A stretch of 38,915 nucleotides of DNA from a virus. Lineage: Duplodnaviria > Caudoviricetes. The stretch is from positions 1 to 38,915 of the IMG/VR virus record IMGVR_UViG_3300048598_000532; one strand, given 5' to 3'. This document shows, one piece after another, positions 34,947 to 38,915 of this stretch; positions within the stretch are counted from its first letter, which is position 1, and each line of letters starts with the position of its first letter. The notes under the pieces were generated by a model. That model was not told where the DNA came from and ran no database searches. It saw only the letters and a list, made by a program, of their open reading frames with translations. The position numbers were made by a program, and so were the translations under genes.

Positions 34947-37003
34947 TTTCCAGTTCCTCCCTGCGTTAAAGCCAATTCATCGTCATCCAGCCAATCGATC
35001 CGGGTGGGATCGATCAGCCGGCCAGGGCCGACCGGGGTCGGCACATCGAAATTTTCCTCAATGAGGGGTGGCCCCTGCTCGGGGGGCGTGTTCTGGGCGG
35101 CGATACGTTCCAGTTCGTCGGCAAATCGTGGGTCGGCAACCATCTCGGGCGCCGACAAGATGTCGCGCGCCTGGGCGATCTTGCCTGCCCTGGAGAGCTG
35201 CTTGACGACCCGCCTGGTGTCGCGCTTCAGGCTGGCATGCTCGGCTGCCTGCGCCTTGTATTCGGCGTAGCCCTCGGCATCCTTGCCGCCGATGAGACCG
35301 AACATGGGATGCGTTTTGACGCGCCGGGTGGCTTGGCACAGGAATTCGCCATTGAGCCGGTAAACCCAGATGGTGCGGATATCCTGCATGTCGTAGCGGA
35401 TGAGCACCCGGTCGTTGAGGCCATAGAGCGCCTTGTTGTTCTCGTATTCGCCGCTCAAGACCATGATGACGCTGTGGCGGATGGTGGCCACCTCTTCGCT
35501 CATCATGAGGTAGCGGAGCCTGCTGTGCTCCACGCCCTGGCCGCGCCCGGCGGCGAAGACCTCGCCGGGGCATTTGCCGCCGAGGCCGCTATGGGGCTTC
35601 ACGCGGTAATAGGTGTTCAACCAGGATTCAAAGAGCTGGGAAGCCTGCTCCATGGTGACGAGGACTTCCGGCTCAAGGGACTGCATGTACTTTTCATTGC
35701 GCTTCATGCGAGCCGGCTTGGACTCGATCGAACCGCCGCAATAGCTCGAAAAGGCCTTTTCGTACGAGAGTCCCAAGGTCTTCCAGAAGGGTTCGATCAT
35801 CTTGGACCGGGAGTTGTACGGCTTGGCGAAGTGACATTGGATGCCGAGCCGACCATACAGCCCGGACATGCCGGACTCGGTGAAATCTGGGCCTTCGTCG
35901 GTGAAGAGCTTGGCCTTGAACGCCTTGCCGTTGTCGAGCAGCACGGCTTCGGGAATCTTTCTCAGGCGCAAAATGGAGCGATACAAGGCCAGATGGATGG
36001 AAGCGATGTCTTCTTCGAGCATGAAGGTGTAGCCGGCGATGTCGCGGCTGGCCCCATCCTGGAAGGCGATGAGCGAGGCCCGGCAGGGCCGGCCGTGGAC
36101 AGGGTGCTTGATGCGGAAATTGAGCCGATGACCATCGGCGATGAGCAACTGCCCGACCTCCAGGAGCGACCAGTCCCGGCGGAAAAAGGGTGCAACCTCG
36201 TCATCCAGGGCCTTTTCGCCCTTCCGGGCCAGAGTCCAGACGTCGATATGCTCTTTTTTCCAGCCCTCCACCCAGTTACGCAGTGTCGAAGGGGAGGATG
36301 GCGATTCGAGGCCATGCATCTCCATATCCATCTTCATGGCTGTGATCGCGGTTCCGATTTTTGACTGGTTTTGCGATAGGAGCAGGAACAAAAGTCGTTC
36401 TTCTTCGACCTCGGTCACCTTGCACAGGCCCTGGCGCTTGAGCCCGTATCTCGGGGCGATGGCGGCGCAATCGTAGTCCGCGCGGCGCAGCTCCAAGGCC
36501 CAGCGCTCCAGTGTCTTCCAGCTCGTTTCGCCGAGCTGCTCGCGGATGGACGGGCAAAACCGGCCCGCGTTGTAGCCCAACGCAAACGCTTCCCGGCACT
36601 GGGCCATGGATTTGCCGTGCTTGCGCCCCCAGGCCTTGGCTTCGAGGTACGCCTTGACCAGGTCGGCCTTGAGGGCCGCCTTGGACAGCGCCGCCGGAGG
36701 TAGGGCGGGCTCCGGCGACGCCGTCGCAAGGGGGGTAGGCAGGCAAGCAGTGGCAGGCGTGGCGGCGGTGATGGCCGCCTTGCCGCCCTGGATGATGCCC
36801 AGGGCGGGGCGGGCAAGGGAAAAGTGGCGGTCAAGGGCGATGCGGACCGGCTCGGGCAGGGAGGACTTCACGAAGGCTTTGGCGCCGCCGAGACCGGAAC
36901 GACCGGCAATGGCCCATCCGTCTTTGATGGCGCGCCGCGTGACCGTTGAGATCGCCACGCCCAGCGCCTCCGCGATATCCTTTGCCGTGACCGTGTCGTG
37001 CAT
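34943..37003 (-). CDS. MuA-like DDE transposase
   Basis: N-terminal HTH; IADGH, LDNGKAF, AKPYNSRSKMIEPFW catalytic motifs; Mu C-terminal V.IRYD.QD. Confidence 0.95.
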   Translation of the reverse strand: MHDTVTAKDIAEALGVAISTVTRRAIKDGWAIAGRSGLGGAKAFVKSSLPEPVRIALDRHFSLARPALGIIQGGKAAITAATPATACLPTPLATASPEPALPPAALSKAALKADLVKAYLEAKAWGRKHGKSMAQCREAFALGYNAGRFCPSIREQLGETSWKTLERWALELRRADYDCAAIAPRYGLKRQGLCKVTEVEEERLLFLLLSQNQSKIGTAITAMKMDMEMHGLESPSSPSTLRNWVEGWKKEHIDVWTLARKGEKALDDEVAPFFRRDWSLLEVGQLLIADGHRLNFRIKHPVHGRPCRASLIAFQDGASRDIAGYTFMLEEDIASIHLALYRSILRLRKIPEAVLLDNGKAFKAKLFTDEGPDFTESGMSGLYGRLGIQCHFAKPYNSRSKMIEPFWKTLGLSYEKAFSSYCGGSIESKPARMKRNEKYMQSLEPEVLVTMEQASQLFESWLNTYYRVKPHSGLGGKCPGEVFAAGRGQGVEHSRLRYLMMSEEVATIRHSVIMVLSGEYENNKALYGLNDRVLIRYDMQDIRTIWVYRLNGEFLCQATRRVKTHPMFGLIGGKDAEGYAEYKAQAAEHASLKRDTRRVVKQLSRAGKIAQARDILSAPEMVADPRFADELERIAAQNTPPEQGPPLIEENFDVPTPVGPGRLIDPTRIDWLDDDELALTQGGTGK

Positions 37004-37025
37004 TGCCGTTCAACCCGCTTTTTTG

Positions 37026-37084
37026 CTGCTCATCAGGCCAGGACCACAACATCCTGACGACCGCCCGTGTGGGCGGTTTCGCAG
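37026..37084 (-). ncRNA. Type II hammerhead ribozyme; predicted cleavage between 37059 and 37058
   Basis: CUGC-GAAA-CCGCCC-acac-GGGCGG-UC^GUCAGGAU-guugug-GUCCUGGC-CUGAUGA-GCAG: complete core and three paired stems. Confidence 0.92.
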
Positions 37085-37087
37085 AAG

Positions 37088-37516
37088 TCAGGCCGCACAT
37101 TTTCGGCTGGAGTCTTCTTCGTAGAGGACGCTAATTCCCAAGATGGCATGCAACGGGATTGTTCGGAGGACAATTTCAAATGAGTTGTCGCTCCAGATTG
37201 CTACCGCGACGATCAAATCGTTTTCAGCTATTCCAATATAGTCGGCTTCGATGTAGCGCTCATCGTCTTCAACGGTTCCAAATTCGTCTTTGTTGAAATG
37301 AAATCCATTTTTTAGCACGATACTGATGACAGGAACACCATAACAACGCGCCATAGCACCTTCCAAGCTACGCACCAAGCTGTCAGAGAATATTTTGCTC
37401 TCGTAAAAACTTCTGACATGGCCTGCGCCTTCCGAATACATCCCGCGCCGCTCGACTTCGCACCGCCATTGAGCAACGGCCATTTCAAAGCGCCTTTCGA
37501 CCTCGCAAGAGTCCAT
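37088..37516 (-). CDS. Hypothetical lower-GC protein inserted between the Ner-like gene and the transposase
   Basis: Start MDSCEVERRF overlapping the upstream stop (TGATG); GGAGG RBS. Confidence 0.72.
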   Translation of the reverse strand: MDSCEVERRFEMAVAQWRCEVERRGMYSEGAGHVRSFYESKIFSDSLVRSLEGAMARCYGVPVISIVLKNGFHFNKDEFGTVEDDERYIEADYIGIAENDLIVAVAIWSDNSFEIVLRTIPLHAILGISVLYEEDSSRKCAA

Positions 37517-37740
37517 CACGCCGCCTCCTTCCCGTTCATGTCTTCCGGCAAGTCCAGCAGTCGCTTGGCCACCCCCATGGCGACCAACGCCCGCAGCACC
37601 TTCCGGTTGTTGGCGAGTCCATTGACCGTGCGGCTGGCCAGCGGCCGCGAGACGCCGGCCATGACGGCCACGTCGGCAATCGTCTTGCCGCGCCGCAGCA
37701 AATCCACTCGGATTTCCAGGCCGTTTCGCTTGCTGGCCAT
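37516..37740 (-). CDS. Ner/Cro-like HTH regulator
   Basis: EIRVDLLRRGKTIADVA..AGVSR..ASRTVNG. Confidence 0.82.
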   Translation of the reverse strand: MASKRNGLEIRVDLLRRGKTIADVAVMAGVSRPLASRTVNGLANNRKVLRALVAMGVAKRLLDLPEDMNGKEAA

Positions 37741-38154
37741 CTACAGCTCCTGTTCCAGCCGCTTTTTCTGGCGCTTGAGAGTTTGGATTTCGCGTTCGAG
37801 CTTGGCGGCCTTGAGGATTTTCAGGTCGTCTCCGCCCACCAGGTCGTAGCCCTGGATGCCGGCCGCGACCTGGAGGGGCTCGGGGTCGCCCGTGGCCGCT
37901 ATGAAACAGTGCAGGGCGTTGTGCCCCGGCACGTAGTCGCGCTCGGCCGGATTCAACCACTTTTCAAACATGTCCAGGCTGAGCGCCCGGGCGTTCCGGT
38001 TCAGGCGATAGCCGCCCATGGCCGCGATCTCATTCATCTTGTCCACGATCTGCTCGCGCGACAGCCCGCATCGTTTGGCCGCCCGGTTCATGGCCGCCTT
38101 GATGAGCGGTTCCGTGTCCGGGATCTGGTTCTCGAAGAGGGAGAGCTGCCGCAT
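37741..38154 (-). CDS. Phage regulatory protein (CII-like)
   Basis: CGLSREQIVD.MNE...L..MFEKWLNP...F..ATG..EPL; start codon uncertain. Confidence 0.7.
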   Translation of the reverse strand: MRQLSLFENQIPDTEPLIKAAMNRAAKRCGLSREQIVDKMNEIAAMGGYRLNRNARALSLDMFEKWLNPAERDYVPGHNALHCFIAATGDPEPLQVAAGIQGYDLVGGDDLKILKAAKLEREIQTLKRQKKRLEQEL

Positions 38155-38243
38155 CCGTTTTTTCCAGCCCTGCGGACATTGACCCGAGGTCAACGCCCGG
38201 GGTAGTTTCTGGCGTAAGGGAACGCCCGTAACTGTTGAGTCCA

Positions 38244-38375
38244 TTTTTAGGCCTAAATTTAAGCTACAGTCAAGCCTAAAAACGTGCAAAAGTTTAAATT
38301 TAAGTTTTTTAGAAAAATCTTTTTATTCCAAAGTGTTGGAGAAAATGGCATGCAAAAGTTTTTGCAAAAGTTTTA
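38244..38375. promoter_or_regulatory. Immunity region with a leftward early promoter and repeated operator-like motifs
   Basis: AT-rich; minus-strand TTGACT at 38273-38268; TGCAAAAGTTT at 38285, 38351 and 38363; TAAATTTAAG at 38254 and 38295. Confidence 0.7.
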
Positions 38376-38390
38376 CCCTGGAACTTGTGC

Positions 38391-38915
38391 ATGACCTTCA
38401 AGGAGAGACTTCGCGCCCTCAGAGGGGACATGACCCAGGCGGACTTTGCAAACCGGGCTGGGATCAATGTTAATACCCTTCGCAATTACGAGCGCGGAGA
38501 TTCAATTCCAAATTTAGAGATAGCAGCGTCTATTTGTAGGTATTTTGAGGTCAATAGCGACTGGCTTGTGCTTGGTGAGGGGCCTATGCACCGTGGCGAC
38601 AACGCCACAACAATTGCGCCGACCCAGAGTCAGCCGCAGGCCCAGCCGCCGGATGACGATTTCAAAATGACCGACATGGTCACCATGACCGTTGAAGTCT
38701 TGGAGTCGGAAACCATCTATCGGACGGCATTGGCGAGCAATATAAGGGCATTTCACCAAGCGGTGAGAAGCGAACGGACGCTTGCGCGCCTGGAAGAGCG
38801 GGTTGAGCTATTGGAAAAGCGGATGGAAGAGCTGGCCAGCGAGAACGCTTATCTGAAGCAGAGACTGGAACAACACGAAGGCAACAACGCCAAGGCGGTG
38901 GGTGAGGACGGGTAA
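38391..38915 (+). CDS. XRE-family HTH prophage repressor
   Basis: ERLRALRGDMTQADFANRAGINVNTLRNYERG..P..WLVLGEG; divergent from the early operon; coiled-coil C-terminus, no S24 peptidase. Confidence 0.9.
   Translation: MTFKERLRALRGDMTQADFANRAGINVNTLRNYERGDSIPNLEIAASICRYFEVNSDWLVLGEGPMHRGDNATTIAPTQSQPQAQPPDDDFKMTDMVTMTVEVLESETIYRTALASNIRAFHQAVRSERTLARLEERVELLEKRMEELASENAYLKQRLEQHEGNNAKAVGEDG

Larger units (their letters stand above)
1..38915. mobile_element. Mu-like transposable prophage with a P2-type contractile tail (ends outside the window)
   Basis: DDE transposase, MuB ATPase, GemA, Mor, DUF935 portal, MuF, gpG, gp36/gp37 and com, plus a full set of head and tail genes. Confidence 0.96.

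Noticed and set aside
1-38915. Mu att ends (TG...CA) and target-site duplication
   Set aside because: The window starts and ends at stop codons of the terminal genes, so the ends lie outside it.

Overview
Near-complete transposable (Mu-like) prophage in a high-GC host; Desulfovibrio/Solidesulfovibrio-like is an inference only. The window runs gene-to-gene, so the TG...CA ends are not visible. Reading right to left: an XRE repressor (+); a leftward early operon (CII-like, Ner-like, DDE transposase MuA, MuB ATPase, DUF3164, HU, GemA, Mor); three displaced virion-type genes; an accessory block; a rightward (inverted) packaging module (terminase, portal, MuF, gpG) followed by a moron; then leftward lysis, head and P2-type contractile tail genes, ending in com plus a DNA methyltransferase at the mom position. 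The most notable signal is a solitary Cas7/RAMP-like gene (28667-29317) followed directly by a non-coding array of eight 5-nt NGY-NN units, a candidate RNA-guided system with no CRISPR array. Other non-coding or missed features: a canonical type II hammerhead ribozyme upstream of the transposase and a variant copy after HU; a structured RNA where the immunity gene of the MuF-nuclease fusion would be expected; a perfect four-way-junction RNA upstream of com; a 58-aa Com zinc finger with a hairpin over the MTase start codon; and a P2-type -1 tail-chaperone frameshift. All calls come from reading motifs by eye; no searches were run.
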